In this document: in pieces, positions 49,406 through 59,884 of the stretch | Layout of the letters: the number at the start of each line of letters is the position of its first letter | How positions within the stretch are numbered: position 1 is the first letter of the stretch | NCBI GenBank assembly: GCA_016875875.1 | Contig: VGOP01000006.1 | Span: 72,773-136,772, forward strand | DNA length: 64,000 bases | Direction: 5' to 3' | Source: Chloroflexota bacterium | GTDB taxonomy: Bacteria > Chloroflexota > Dehalococcoidia > GIF9 > UBA5629 | The notes under the pieces: model-generated | Seen by the model: only the letters and a program-made list of their open reading frames with translations | Databases searched by the model: none | Told to the model about the DNA's origin: nothing | Made by a program: the position numbers and the translations under genes

Positions 49406-50095
49406 TTGAAGGACTCTTTCACCGTTCATGACCTGCCGCTTTCTGAACGGCCTAGGGAGAGGCTCTTAAAGCTGGGCAGCGAAGCTCTGTCCAGCCAGGA
49501 GATTCTAGCCTTGATTCTGGGACGAGGAATTAAAGGCGAATCAGTAATTGTCACCGCACAGAAACTGCTGAGTAAATTCGGCAATCTTAAGAACCTCGCC
49601 TCTGCCTCTATGGAAGAACTAACTCAAATAAAAGGCATTGGTCCGGCCAAAGCCGCTCAGATCAAAGCCACCTTTGAGTTGAGCAAACGGCTGGAAGATT
49701 CCTCCAGCGAAGGCCCCAAAATCACGGTTAAATCTCCAGAGGATGCCATAAAAGCAGCCAGAAACCAGCTAAAGGGCAAGAAGAAAGAGCACTTCCTTGC
49801 ACTCTGCTTGGACACTAGAAATCATCTGATAAACACGCATAGGGTCTCTATCGGCAGCCTTGACTGCAGCATCGTGCATCCACGTGAGGTATTCAAAGAT
49901 GCCATCTCTTCCTGTGCTGCTTCAGTAATCTTCATGCACAATCACCCCTCTGGTGACCCTACCCCCTCCGAAGATGACATCAAGCTAACCAAGCGCCTTG
50001 TCGAAGCCGGTGAAATCCTGGGCATCGAAGTCCTCGACCACATAATCATCTGTGATAGAGACCATTTAAGCATGAAAGCGAAAAATCTATTTTGA
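49406..50095 (+). CDS. radC: RadC-family JAB/MPN domain protein
   Basis: HhH region (LTQIKGIGPAKAAQI) and the JAMM motif HNHPSGDPTPSEDD. TTG start. Confidence 0.9.
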   Translation: MKDSFTVHDLPLSERPRERLLKLGSEALSSQEILALILGRGIKGESVIVTAQKLLSKFGNLKNLASASMEELTQIKGIGPAKAAQIKATFELSKRLEDSSSEGPKITVKSPEDAIKAARNQLKGKKKEHFLALCLDTRNHLINTHRVSIGSLDCSIVHPREVFKDAISSCAASVIFMHNHPSGDPTPSEDDIKLTKRLVEAGEILGIEVLDHIIICDRDHLSMKAKNLF

Positions 50096-50108
50096 GGCCC
50101 AAAAACAA

Positions 50109-51701
50109 ATGAAACAAGCTTGGCATTTCACACTACTGGGTGCACTTCTTTGTGCTTTAGTTGCCTTACCATTCATCACTAACTGCCTGCCAGAGGAAAC
50201 ACCCACCCGAGAAAATGGAGTGCTCAACCTGTGGGACACCGGCCCGATAACAATTGACCCGGCGATATCCAGCGAGATGACTTCACACGCCTACGTTATG
50301 CAAATTTTTAACGGCCTGATCAGTCTTGGTGACGAGGCAAAGCCGGTGCCGGACATAGCCGAAAGCTGGCAAAGAAGCGATGATGGTAAAACCTACACTT
50401 TCTATTTGCGCAGAGGAGCAAAGTTCCACGATGGGAGAGAAGTTACCGCCCAGGACTTCAAATATTCCTGGGAAAGAGCCTGCCATCCTGAAACCGTCTC
50501 GCAAACAGCAGCTACATATTTAGGCGATATCGTCGGTGTGAAAGATGTACTGGAAGGCAAGACTATAGACATAAGCGGTGTCGAGATTATCGACGATTAC
50601 ACCCTAAAGATCACCATTGACGCTCCTAAGGCTTATTTTCTGGCCAAGCTAACCTACCCTACTGCCTTTGTTGTTGATAAAGCCAATGTAGAATCCGGCA
50701 AAAAATGGTGGCTCAAGCCAAACGGTACCGGCCCATTCAAGCTTAAGGAATGGAAAACAGACGATATATTAGTGCTGGAGCAAAACGAGCTTTACTACGG
50801 TCAGCCAGCCACTATCAAGAGAGTAGTCTTCCATCTACTAGCCGGTCTTCCAATGGCGATGTATGAAATGGGTGAAATCGACGTAGCCGAGGTCGACGAA
50901 TATTACATCGATAGGGCAGCAGATGAACAGGGACCTTTCTACAAAGAACTGGCTGTATTCCCAGAGCTAAGCCTGTTCTATATAGGATTCAATACCCAGA
51001 AGCCACCTTTTGATGATGTCAACATCCGCCGGGCTTTTTGCCATGCCATAAATAAAGAACGGATCATCAAGCTAACTCTCAAAGGGATGATGACCAAAGC
51101 CGATGGTATTCTGCCGCTGAACATGCCCGGCTATAACGAAAATCTGGGGGGGCTTAGCTACGATATAGCTAAGTCAAAGGAACTCATCGCTAATTCAAAA
51201 TATGGCAGTGCGGCCAACCTACCGCCTATTACGCTTACCACCTCTGGCTGGGGAGGCAATATACCGGAATATCTAGGTGCCATAATCCAAGACTGGCGAG
51301 AAAATCTTGGCGTGGAGGTAAGCGTAAGACAGCTTGAGCCAGAGATATTCTCCTACTTCTTAAAAGAGGAGGCTGATGAGATGTTTATTACTGGTTGGAT
51401 TGCTGACTATCCCGATCCACAGAACTTCCTGGACATACTATTCCACACTGGTGCTGAGTATAACACGGGTAACTATAGCGACCAAAACGTAGACGCCCTG
51501 CTCGACCAGGCAGGCGTAGAGCAGGATGAGACCACCAGATTTAACCTGTACCGGCAAGCCGAGCAGATACTAGTAGACGAAGCCGCCTGCCTGCCTCTGT
51601 GGTTCGGTAAGACTTATCTTCTAATTAAACCTTATGTCAAGAACTATAAACTGGACGCTCAGGGTATTCCCACACTAAAAGAGGTATGTGTAAATGAGTA
51701 A
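50109..51701 (+). CDS. ABC transporter substrate-binding protein, family 5 (peptide/nickel type)
   Basis: 530 aa. It has a signal sequence with a Cys (LPFITNCLPE, lipobox-like) and the family-5 pattern (KFHDGREVTAQDFKYSWER, GTGPFKLKEW). No permease or ATPase genes are adjacent. Confidence 0.8.
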   Translation: MKQAWHFTLLGALLCALVALPFITNCLPEETPTRENGVLNLWDTGPITIDPAISSEMTSHAYVMQIFNGLISLGDEAKPVPDIAESWQRSDDGKTYTFYLRRGAKFHDGREVTAQDFKYSWERACHPETVSQTAATYLGDIVGVKDVLEGKTIDISGVEIIDDYTLKITIDAPKAYFLAKLTYPTAFVVDKANVESGKKWWLKPNGTGPFKLKEWKTDDILVLEQNELYYGQPATIKRVVFHLLAGLPMAMYEMGEIDVAEVDEYYIDRAADEQGPFYKELAVFPELSLFYIGFNTQKPPFDDVNIRRAFCHAINKERIIKLTLKGMMTKADGILPLNMPGYNENLGGLSYDIAKSKELIANSKYGSAANLPPITLTTSGWGGNIPEYLGAIIQDWRENLGVEVSVRQLEPEIFSYFLKEEADEMFITGWIADYPDPQNFLDILFHTGAEYNTGNYSDQNVDALLDQAGVEQDETTRFNLYRQAEQILVDEAACLPLWFGKTYLLIKPYVKNYKLDAQGIPTLKEVCVNE

Positions 51702-52128
51702 CAAAACTGGTTTACCCGCTCCCTGTGGACTTCACTGTGGTATGTGTCCGTTATATAAAGCACTATCCGACGAGAAATTGAGAGACACCTTGTCACAGCG
51801 GATGCAGCTACCTCCAGAAAAGGCCAAATGCCAGGGATGCCGAGCTGTTAACGGCCATTGTCCCGTTATTGGCGAACAGTGTGCAACTTATGTCTGTGCC
51901 AAAGAAAAAGAAGTGGAGTTCTGCTCTGACTGTTCAGAATTCCCCTGCTCTAAACTGTTACCCTGCACCGACAGAGCCGAGAGTTTGCCTCACAACCTCA
52001 AAGCCTACAGCCTGACTTTACGGAAGCTTCAGGGTGAGCAAGTCTGGAATCAGACGATAGGTCAAATGTATTCGCTATATTACAGGGGCCAAATAGTGAT
52101 AGGCAAAGGACCAGTTGCACGCACATAG
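51694..52128 (+). CDS. Cys-rich DUF3795-like protein
   Basis: CGLHCGMCPLY, CQGCR, CPVIGEQCATYVCA and CSDCSEFPC clusters. The family name is from memory. Confidence 0.55.
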   Translation: MSNKTGLPAPCGLHCGMCPLYKALSDEKLRDTLSQRMQLPPEKAKCQGCRAVNGHCPVIGEQCATYVCAKEKEVEFCSDCSEFPCSKLLPCTDRAESLPHNLKAYSLTLRKLQGEQVWNQTIGQMYSLYYRGQIVIGKGPVART

Positions 52129-52393
52129 CCAAATCATCTTATGCCCATAAATCCTCTATAGCTTTTTCTGTTGGCTTGTTACCCAAAGGTTACAAATTGA
52201 AAGCGCAGTAAGTGGCAGATATGGTATATCGAGCTACCGCCTTTTGATCCAGAGACCTTATTATTAGCCATATTACTTCTTTCCCATACATAATCTCCTA
52301 CTCGTAAAGTTACCTTTAGGCTATTCATAATAGCTCCGAGGGATGGTATATTAGATTCAACTGATTCAACGATAAATTATCGAACAGGGGGAG

Positions 52394-52676
52394 GTGACTG
52401 ATCAAATGGAAAAGACGGGTGAACAAAACAAACCCAGCATGGATGAGCTGGCAGAACTGGCTCAAGCTTTGATATGCTGTGCCGGAACAGATATCTATAT
52501 TGTTCCGGATGAAAAATCTCAGTATGCTAACTCACTGCTCCAAGAGCTAACAAGCTATACAGACATTGCGCCGGAACAGCTAGTTACATTGTCCCGGATG
52601 CAAAATTTAAGCACGCCAACTCCCTGCGCTAGGAACTAACTAGACTACACAGAGCAGAAACTGCGAGGTAATTTAG
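52394..52676 (+). pseudogene. remnant of a PAS-domain N-terminus containing an 89-bp imperfect tandem duplication
   Basis: The 81-aa ORF contains IVPDEKSQYANSLLQELTSYT. A second copy starting at 52588 encodes IVPDAKFKHANSLR-stop-ELTRL in a shifted frame. A TAG at 52674-76 directly precedes the ATG of the next gene. Confidence 0.4.
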
Positions 52677-54059
52677 ATGGTAAAGAAAGGTACATCAACC
52701 GAATATATAGGAAACCAGACCACTGTGGAAAGTTTTATGGACATAACCGAACACAAACAGGAGGAAAAAGCCCTAAGACAATCAGAGGAGAGATATCGGA
52801 CTATCTTGGATGAGATGCAAGATGCCTATTTTGAGGTTGACCTGGCTGGTAATTTCACTTTCGTCAATGACTCGCAGTGCCGTCTTCTAGGATATTCAAA
52901 CAAAGAGATGCTAGGAATGAACTATCGAGGCCATATAGCCAAAGAGGACGCTCAAGCTGTGTACCAGGCATTTAATCAGGTTTATCGGACCGGGAAGCCG
53001 ATCAAAAATCTTATTTACAAAGTCATTCGAAAGGATGGTACCACTGGAATTGCTGAGACCTCGGCTTCTCTCCTATGGAATGCACAGGGTGAGGTCATCG
53101 GATTCCGTGGTATTGGCCATGATGTCACAGAACGCGTGCAGATGGAGGAGGCTTTAAGGCGGTCAGAGGAGAGATATCGGACCATACTTGAGGAGATAGA
53201 AGAAGGCTACTACGAGGTAGACCTCGCTGGTAACTTCACCTTCGCCAATGACGCAGCTTGTCGTCAATTCGGATACTCACGGGAAGAGTTAATCGGAATG
53301 AACTATCGAGTCTACGTACCCAAGGAGGATGTAAAGAGCGTATATAAGGCCTGGAATAAAGTCTATCGGACAGGCAAGTCACTGAAATCGTATCTTTTTG
53401 CAACCATTAGAAAAGATGGAACGCAAATGTTCTTAGAAAATTCGGTCTCTCCTTTGCGAAACAAGAAGGGAAAGATTGTCGGATTTAGGTCGGTCAGCCG
53501 TGATGTTACCGAGCGCAAGCAGCTTGCGCAAAAACTTGCTGATATGGCCACACATGATTCCCTGACTGGCCTGCCCAACAGAACATTGTTAAGTGACCGT
53601 CTTACGATGGGATTGGCTCTGTCACGGCGCAGTGGTAACAGGCTGGCCGTACTGATGCTCGATTTGGACCGATTTAAAGCTATCAATGATGCTATGGGGC
53701 ACAGCGTCGGTGACCAATTACTGAAAGCTGTTGCAGAGCAGCTAACAGGTATTATGCGCAAGAGCGATACGATTGCCCGCATAGGTGGAGACGAGTTTGT
53801 TTTGGTGCTGCCACAAATATCCCAGGCGAATCATGTTACCAAGTTAGCCCAAAGAATCTTAGATGTCTTTCGACAGCCATTTGTTTTTGATGGTCACCGG
53901 CTCGATATCACAACCAGCATCGGCATTGCTATTTACCCCGAAGATGGTAAGGAGATTGAAAGCTTGTTAAAGAATGCCGACGCCGCCATGTACTGGGCTA
54001 AGGAGCAAGGTCGGGATACCTATAGGTTCTATGGTGGCGAAGACACCGGGACACTGTGA
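52677..54059 (+). CDS. PAS-PAS-GGDEF diguanylate cyclase
   Basis: Two near-identical PAS modules (SEERYRTILDEM...DLAGNFTFVND and SEERYRTILEEI...DLAGNFTFAND). The GGDEF domain carries RIGGDEF and an upstream RxxD-like context. Confidence 0.9.
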   Translation: MVKKGTSTEYIGNQTTVESFMDITEHKQEEKALRQSEERYRTILDEMQDAYFEVDLAGNFTFVNDSQCRLLGYSNKEMLGMNYRGHIAKEDAQAVYQAFNQVYRTGKPIKNLIYKVIRKDGTTGIAETSASLLWNAQGEVIGFRGIGHDVTERVQMEEALRRSEERYRTILEEIEEGYYEVDLAGNFTFANDAACRQFGYSREELIGMNYRVYVPKEDVKSVYKAWNKVYRTGKSLKSYLFATIRKDGTQMFLENSVSPLRNKKGKIVGFRSVSRDVTERKQLAQKLADMATHDSLTGLPNRTLLSDRLTMGLALSRRSGNRLAVLMLDLDRFKAINDAMGHSVGDQLLKAVAEQLTGIMRKSDTIARIGGDEFVLVLPQISQANHVTKLAQRILDVFRQPFVFDGHRLDITTSIGIAIYPEDGKEIESLLKNADAAMYWAKEQGRDTYRFYGGEDTGTL

Positions 54060-54218
54060 TAAAAGCAGACAGGCATATGATTCTAGTTTTCCTTCGTGGC
54101 GTTTAGCAACCAGTACGATAGGCCTTGGACCTCAGAAGCTTCCATTATTGAGCAACACATATCAAATTACGCCCACAGAATACATAGCACCGCTACCACG
54201 TTGCACGGTAGCTGTTTG

Positions 54219-55052
54219 CTACTCCTCCATGACAGTTACCGATAGAACATTAGGACCTGTATGTGTGCCGATAACGGGGCTAACATTAGATAGATAGATT
54301 GGGACTTTTGGAAACACAGAGGCGATACGTTTGGCCAACGCCTCAGCTTCAGCTACGTTGGTGCCATACTCCACAGCCAATGCCTTTACCTTGTTGAACT
54401 TCGATGCAAACTCGCAAAGCCAATCCGTAGCCTTAGCTCTCGAGCGCACTCTGGCAAAAGGAAAAGCTACACCATCTTTTATACCAAGGATAGGATTCAT
54501 CTTAAGCATCGACCCCATTAAAGCCTGTACTTTGCCGATGCGTCCTCCTCTGGCCAAATACTCGAGGGTATCAAGTGTAATTCGGATATGTATTCGTGGG
54601 ATGGTTTTTGATATCATACCGACAAGCTCGCTGAGGTTGGCTCCAGATAGAGCTCTTTTGGCTGCCTCCATAACCAATAGTCCTTGCCCCATTATACCCA
54701 GTGTAGAATCGACAATTTCCACCTGGCACTTTCTCTTCATTAGATTTACACCCTGTACCGCTGCATCATAGGTGGCGCTCAACTTTCGAGACAGAAACAC
54801 GCCCAGAATTTGGCTATACTTCGCAGCCAGACCATCGAAGACTTCAGCAAAAAAACCAGGGCCAGGGGCAGAGGTAGTAGGCAACGTAGAACTATGCTCT
54901 AACTTCTGGTAAAAGTCCTCAGAGCTCAGGTCAACCCTATCTTTATAGGTCTCATGGCCAAATTGGACATGTAACGGGATTACCGTGATTTCTAAGGCTT
55001 TGACCACCTCAGGTGGTAGGTCAGACACGCTATCAGTAACAAGCTTAACCAC
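54219..55052 (-). CDS. DegV-family fatty-acid-binding protein
   Basis: VKLVTDSVSDLP...ITVIPLHV...TSAPGPG pattern of DegV. Confidence 0.9.
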   Translation of the reverse strand: MVKLVTDSVSDLPPEVVKALEITVIPLHVQFGHETYKDRVDLSSEDFYQKLEHSSTLPTTSAPGPGFFAEVFDGLAAKYSQILGVFLSRKLSATYDAAVQGVNLMKRKCQVEIVDSTLGIMGQGLLVMEAAKRALSGANLSELVGMISKTIPRIHIRITLDTLEYLARGGRIGKVQALMGSMLKMNPILGIKDGVAFPFARVRSRAKATDWLCEFASKFNKVKALAVEYGTNVAEAEALAKRIASVFPKVPIYLSNVSPVIGTHTGPNVLSVTVMEE

Positions 55053-55294
55053 AGCTTCCTCCTTTACTCCAAACTGCCTCTTGCTTTCACTTGTGTCGAA
55101 TGCCTAGTAGTACTAGGTATTATATTCCATCTCCGCTGCTGAATACAAGAGGTTAAGAAGTAGCATTCTCCCTGTTCAGGCTCGCTTCACTATGGGATAG
55201 ATGCTTTCAGGAGACAAGCCAGACCCGGAATGGCAAGGATTAAGCTAGGAAAATCTGGGCTCTCTCAGTTTGATAACCACCGTGATAAAGCCAA

Positions 55295-56206
55295 TTACTT
55301 GGTCTGACAGACAGATGAATTCACCGAGCACCGCTTGCATTTACCATCACAGGGCTCAACATGAATAGTAACATTGGTTCGGGGCAATCGCGCCTGGATA
55401 TCATGCTCTAACAGGTCACACACCCGATGAGTCTGCTCCAGACTGATGTCCTTGGCCATTACCAGATGGAGATCAATATAGCGTTGGTTTCCAGAGCGGC
55501 GGGTGCGCAATTCATGGAAGCCAACTATCTGACTGCCTTGCTCGGATAAGCAAGATTTTATGACCGTCTGCTCAGAACTGGGAAGGCTGGCATCCACCAA
55601 CCCAAGAAGCGGTTTGTTTATGGCATCATAGGCTAATTTCGCGATATAGATAGCAATACCGATGGCAATTATCGGATCGAGTATGCTTAAGCCGGTGAGT
55701 CGCACCACCAGCAACCCAACCAGCACTGCTGCTGTCGAATAGATATCACCAGTGATATTGCGGGCATTGGCCTCCAATACCACCGAGCCGGTAGCTCGGG
55801 ATACCTTTAGCAGGTGGCGCGAAAGCAGAATGCTGGCAACCATGGAGACAGCCATCGCTCCAATTCCTGCCTCAGCCAGCCCTATAGTAGTCCTGTTTAT
55901 TATCCGCCCGACTGACGAATAGACTATCAGCCCAGCAGCAACAAAAATGAGCACCCCCTGCACCGCACCGGCCATATCTTCTACTTTGCCATGACCAAAA
56001 GGATGTTCTTCATCAGCCGGCTTGGTAGCAATGCGCACAGCAAAAAATGTGACCAGCCCAGCAAAGAGGTCCAGAAAACTATCCGCTGCCTGGGCAAACA
56101 CGCTGATGCTGCCGCTAATCCAGCCAACAATTATCTTCAGCAATATCAGCCCAATAACAACCCCGATTAAGAGATTAGCAGCGCCCTTTTCAGTTGAAAA
56201 CATCAA
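55295..56206 (-). CDS. cation diffusion facilitator (CDF) metal efflux protein with a Cys-rich C-terminus
   Basis: Six TM helices, the FAQAADSFLD and HPFGHGK motifs, a cytoplasmic domain, and the tail PCDGKCKRCSVNSSVCQTK. Confidence 0.85.
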   Translation of the reverse strand: MMFSTEKGAANLLIGVVIGLILLKIIVGWISGSISVFAQAADSFLDLFAGLVTFFAVRIATKPADEEHPFGHGKVEDMAGAVQGVLIFVAAGLIVYSSVGRIINRTTIGLAEAGIGAMAVSMVASILLSRHLLKVSRATGSVVLEANARNITGDIYSTAAVLVGLLVVRLTGLSILDPIIAIGIAIYIAKLAYDAINKPLLGLVDASLPSSEQTVIKSCLSEQGSQIVGFHELRTRRSGNQRYIDLHLVMAKDISLEQTHRVCDLLEHDIQARLPRTNVTIHVEPCDGKCKRCSVNSSVCQTK

Positions 56207-56306
56207 ATGGCTTTTCCTTGCGATAATTCGCTTTTCGGGCTACGAGTTTACCACTTATGCCCCAATAAAACAAATAAGGTATTTAAGGCCGTTTATTAAT
56301 GTAGTG

Positions 56307-56324
56307 GCGAGGCTTTAGCCTCGC
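56307..56324. repeat. palindromic hairpin GCGAGGC-TTTA-GCCTCGC (recurring family)
   Basis: The core CGAGGCTTTAGCCTCG is identical to the one at 61471..61486. It lies in the divergent CDF/HDAC intergenic region. Confidence 0.6.
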
Positions 56325-56511
56325 TATACCCAGAAAATCGTAGATTTAGCCAAGTGTAAAAGGCAACCCTAAAGGGTCGCAACCACATTGAAAATGGAAA
56401 TGGATTGTTTAGTAAATGCCTCTATATTGCTCACCAGACCCAGCTCTGATATCATAGTGACGCTCTTCTTCATAGCTTGCTTTTGAACAACTTTTAAGAG
56501 ACAGAGTCACA

Positions 56512-57549
56512 ATGAGCGTAGGCTTGATTTACGACCCAGTCTATCTAGAGCACGATACCGGAACGCATGTCGAAAACGCCCAGAGATTGATAACCACCAT
56601 GTCCCACCTCGAGGAGAATCACCTCAAAGACAAGCTTATCTCAGTATCACCACGCGCCGCCACAATTGACGAATTAGCCGCAGTGCACGCCCCCGAATAC
56701 ATCTCCAGAATCCAAAATCAAGCGGAAAGAGGCGGGGGCTGGCTTGACCCTGATACCGTAATGTCACCGGGCTCATACAATGCGGCTGCCTATGCTGCTG
56801 GTGGCGCTTTGGCAGCAGTTGATGCAGTGATGAACAGACAGGTTAATAGCGCTTTCGCCCTGGTTAGGCCACCAGGACACCACGCCACATGCTGGCAAGC
56901 CATGGGCTTCTGCCTGTTCAATAACATAGCTGTGGCCGCCAAGTATGCCCTGTCCAACTTCGACATCAAGCGAATACTTATCGTCGATTTCGATGTCCAC
57001 CATGGCAATGGCACACAGGACACCTTCTATACTGACCCCCACGTCCTCTATTTCTCCACTCACGAATACCCGTTCTACCCGGGAACCGGCAGCATAGATG
57101 AGACCGGAGCCAGAGATGGCGAAGGCTTTACTGTTAACGTGCCCCTACTGGCTGGCTGGGGAGATGACGAATACCAGACAGTCTTCGAAGACATCCTGGC
57201 ACCAGTGGCCAAGCGCTTCGAGCCACAACTGATCATGGTCTCCGCCGGCTATGATGGGCACTGGGCTGACAACCTGGCTCTAATGCAATTAAGTGTCTCC
57301 GGCTTGGCCCGCTTGGTAGAGATCATAAAGACATTAGCTGATATGTTATGTCAAGGACGTATGGCCTTTACCTTAGAAGGTGGCTACCACCTTGAGGCAT
57401 TGTCTCTATCCATAGGTGCCACGCTTAACATACTTCAGGGAAACCGTGAAACCTTTGACCCTCTGGGCAAACAAGAAGGAAAAACAGAACCAATAGATTT
57501 CGATAATTTCATAAAAATGGTGAAGGATATCCACCAGATAGAGTCTTGA
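56512..57549 (+). CDS. histone deacetylase-family (AcuC/acetoin-utilisation-type) deacetylase
   Basis: RPPGHHA, DFDVHHGNGTQ and the GGY near the C-terminus (LEGGYH). Confidence 0.9.
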   Translation: MSVGLIYDPVYLEHDTGTHVENAQRLITTMSHLEENHLKDKLISVSPRAATIDELAAVHAPEYISRIQNQAERGGGWLDPDTVMSPGSYNAAAYAAGGALAAVDAVMNRQVNSAFALVRPPGHHATCWQAMGFCLFNNIAVAAKYALSNFDIKRILIVDFDVHHGNGTQDTFYTDPHVLYFSTHEYPFYPGTGSIDETGARDGEGFTVNVPLLAGWGDDEYQTVFEDILAPVAKRFEPQLIMVSAGYDGHWADNLALMQLSVSGLARLVEIIKTLADMLCQGRMAFTLEGGYHLEALSLSIGATLNILQGNRETFDPLGKQEGKTEPIDFDNFIKMVKDIHQIES

Positions 57550-57570
57550 CATAGCGTTTAAGCCGATTCG

Positions 57571-57588
57571 ACGAGGCTAAAACCTTGC
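57571..57588. repeat. degenerate copy of the CGAGGC hairpin between convergent genes
   Basis: ACGAGG-CTAAAA-CCTTGC: a 5-bp stem with one G-U pair. It sits between the HDAC stop (57549) and the secF stop (57601). Confidence 0.35.
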
Positions 57589-57600
57589 AGCATTTCCACT

Positions 57601-58509
57601 TCAAGCGGGACTACTGACTGCCTTTTGCCGAGAAGCCAATCCCTTTTCCCAAACTACCAAAAGCTGCCCGGCAATGCACAGGGAAGAATAGATTCCAGTA
57701 GCGATACCAATGAGAAGCGCCAACACTAAATTATAGGTAGTTGTTCCACCAAGTAGAAAAAGCGCCACTATAACGAAAAGAGTAGCCAGACCTGTATTTA
57801 GAGAGCGTCCCATAGACTCGGTGATACCGTAATTTACTATCACTTCAAAGTCGCGGCTCACCCCTCGCTTCAAGTTCTCTCGAATGCGGTCAAAGACAAC
57901 CACGATGTTATTCACACTGACGCCGACAACCGCTAACACGCCGGTAACAAACAAGGCATCGATCTCAACACCAGCCGCCCAACCCAGAATAGAGAAGACA
58001 GCGATAACCACCACCAAATCGTGCACCAGGGCAATAACGGCGCAGGTGCCCCAGCGGAAGGGATTGGGCATCTTGCGGAATGCCCAAGAGATATAGAGCA
58101 AAATACCTACCGAAGCCACCACAACAGCAATAATAGTGTTACTCACCGTTCCCCTAGCTACAATTGGCGAAACGCTGTAAAGGCTGCTAACTTCAATTTT
58201 GGTATCTAACTCTGTCTCTAAACCTTCCTTTAGCTTTGTGTTTTCCTCAGCAGATATTTCCGGGAGACGAACAAAGAAATCTCCTTCGCCAGCAGGTTGA
58301 ACAACGGCCCTATCATAACCCAAGCTAGTAAACTCTTGACGCAATGTACTTAGCTCTATTTCCTTATCGAAATGCAAGGTCATGGCAGTGCCACTGCTGA
58401 AATCTACTCCCAGCTTAAGCCCGAAAACAGCCAGTGAGATTATACCTGGAATGATTACAATAGCTGAGATTAGAAAGAACCAGTTTCTTTTGCCAACCAA
58501 ATCAATCAT
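57601..58509 (-). CDS. secF: protein translocase subunit SecF
   Basis: 302 aa. DFSSGT, a periplasmic loop and six TM helices. It overlaps the secD stop by 4 nt. Confidence 0.9.
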   Translation of the reverse strand: MIDLVGKRNWFFLISAIVIIPGIISLAVFGLKLGVDFSSGTAMTLHFDKEIELSTLRQEFTSLGYDRAVVQPAGEGDFFVRLPEISAEENTKLKEGLETELDTKIEVSSLYSVSPIVARGTVSNTIIAVVVASVGILLYISWAFRKMPNPFRWGTCAVIALVHDLVVVIAVFSILGWAAGVEIDALFVTGVLAVVGVSVNNIVVVFDRIRENLKRGVSRDFEVIVNYGITESMGRSLNTGLATLFVIVALFLLGGTTTYNLVLALLIGIATGIYSSLCIAGQLLVVWEKGLASRQKAVSSPA

Positions 58510-59843
58510 TGTTTCAATACTCCGTAAGCGCCCGGTCTTCTTGCCACGCCAAGTCCCACAAATGTACGTAGAAAAGTTCTAGTAACCACAACCTGTGTAA
58601 ACATACTCAAGGCCGTGCCGATGAACAGAGTGGTGGCAAAACCTATGACCAAAAAATTGCCGAACGTATTTCCCAACCAGTAAAGGACGGCACAGGCGAT
58701 AAAGACGGTTACGTTGGCATCAAAGATGGCTGACCAAGATTGGCGGAAGCTCTCCTCTACTGCCGCCCCCAGAGTACGCCCGCGTCTCAGTTCCTCTTTC
58801 AAACGCTCGGCCACAAGAACATTCCCATCTACTCCCATACCTATGGATACAATAAAGCCGGCAATACCTGGGAGTGTCAAAACCACCGGAATTAGCTTAA
58901 AAATAGCCAGGTTCAATGCTACAAAAACAACCAGCGCCAGACAGGCCACAAAACCAGAGAAACGGTAATAGGCAATCATAAATAGAACCACCATAGCCGA
59001 TCCGATTATTCCTGCCATCAGGCTTTTCCGCAGAGAATCCTCACCCAATGTAGCCCCGATATCTCTACGTTCAACTACTGTCAGGGGCACATCCAGAGAG
59101 CCCGAGTTAAGCTGTATAGCCAGTGTCCTGGCTTCCTCTAGATTTAGCCCAGTAATAACCCCTCTCTCCTTAATCACGGATTGCACTGTCGGCCAAGAGA
59201 TGGGTTCGCCATCCAAGTATATACCCAGCGGCTTCTGCAAGTTGCGTTGCGTAATCTGCTCAAAGAGAATGGCGCCTTCCTCGTTCCACTCAAAAGCCAC
59301 TTCAGGCTTATTGGTCTGTGGCTCTAAAACAACCTGGGCATTTGGCTTTAGATACTTGCCAGTGAGTTCCCTTTCTTGCCCATCGCTGCCTTTGGCCTTA
59401 GCAACCGCAGTGAACTTGGGCTTACCAGTCTCATCAAACACTAACCGGCCAGACGCATCAAGCTCCATCTCCCTAAAATCAAGCTCAGCCGTCTGACCAA
59501 TAAGCTTAATCGCCTCGTCAATATCTTTGACGCCAGGAAGCTGGACCAGAACGAAGCTGCCTCGTTCGTTCCGAATTGTCTGAACTATGGGCTCAGTCAC
59601 ACCGTAGGCGTTAACTCGCCGTTCGATTTTGTTTTTCACGCCCTCAATAACGTCAGCATCTGTCTGTGCCGGGTCTTTCTTGGTCAAGTCGATGCTGTAA
59701 ACTAAATGGCTGCCTCCACTGAGATCAAGCCCCAATTTAAAGTCATCCCTGCCGAATATTCCATTACCCGGCAATATCACCCACAGGGAAAAGCCGAAAA
59801 GAATCAGTATGAAAATGAGTAGAGGGGCATTTCCTCTTTTCAA
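58506..59843 (-). CDS. secD: protein translocase subunit SecD
   Basis: LGLDLSGG, a periplasmic P1 domain and a C-terminal six-TM RND-like half (GIAGFIVSIGMGVDGNVL). Confidence 0.9.
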   Translation of the reverse strand: MKRGNAPLLIFILILFGFSLWVILPGNGIFGRDDFKLGLDLSGGSHLVYSIDLTKKDPAQTDADVIEGVKNKIERRVNAYGVTEPIVQTIRNERGSFVLVQLPGVKDIDEAIKLIGQTAELDFREMELDASGRLVFDETGKPKFTAVAKAKGSDGQERELTGKYLKPNAQVVLEPQTNKPEVAFEWNEEGAILFEQITQRNLQKPLGIYLDGEPISWPTVQSVIKERGVITGLNLEEARTLAIQLNSGSLDVPLTVVERRDIGATLGEDSLRKSLMAGIIGSAMVVLFMIAYYRFSGFVACLALVVFVALNLAIFKLIPVVLTLPGIAGFIVSIGMGVDGNVLVAERLKEELRRGRTLGAAVEESFRQSWSAIFDANVTVFIACAVLYWLGNTFGNFLVIGFATTLFIGTALSMFTQVVVTRTFLRTFVGLGVARRPGAYGVLKQ

Positions 59844-59884
59844 TTAATCACCCATTCCTAGTAATTTAAATCGGTTGAAAAATC

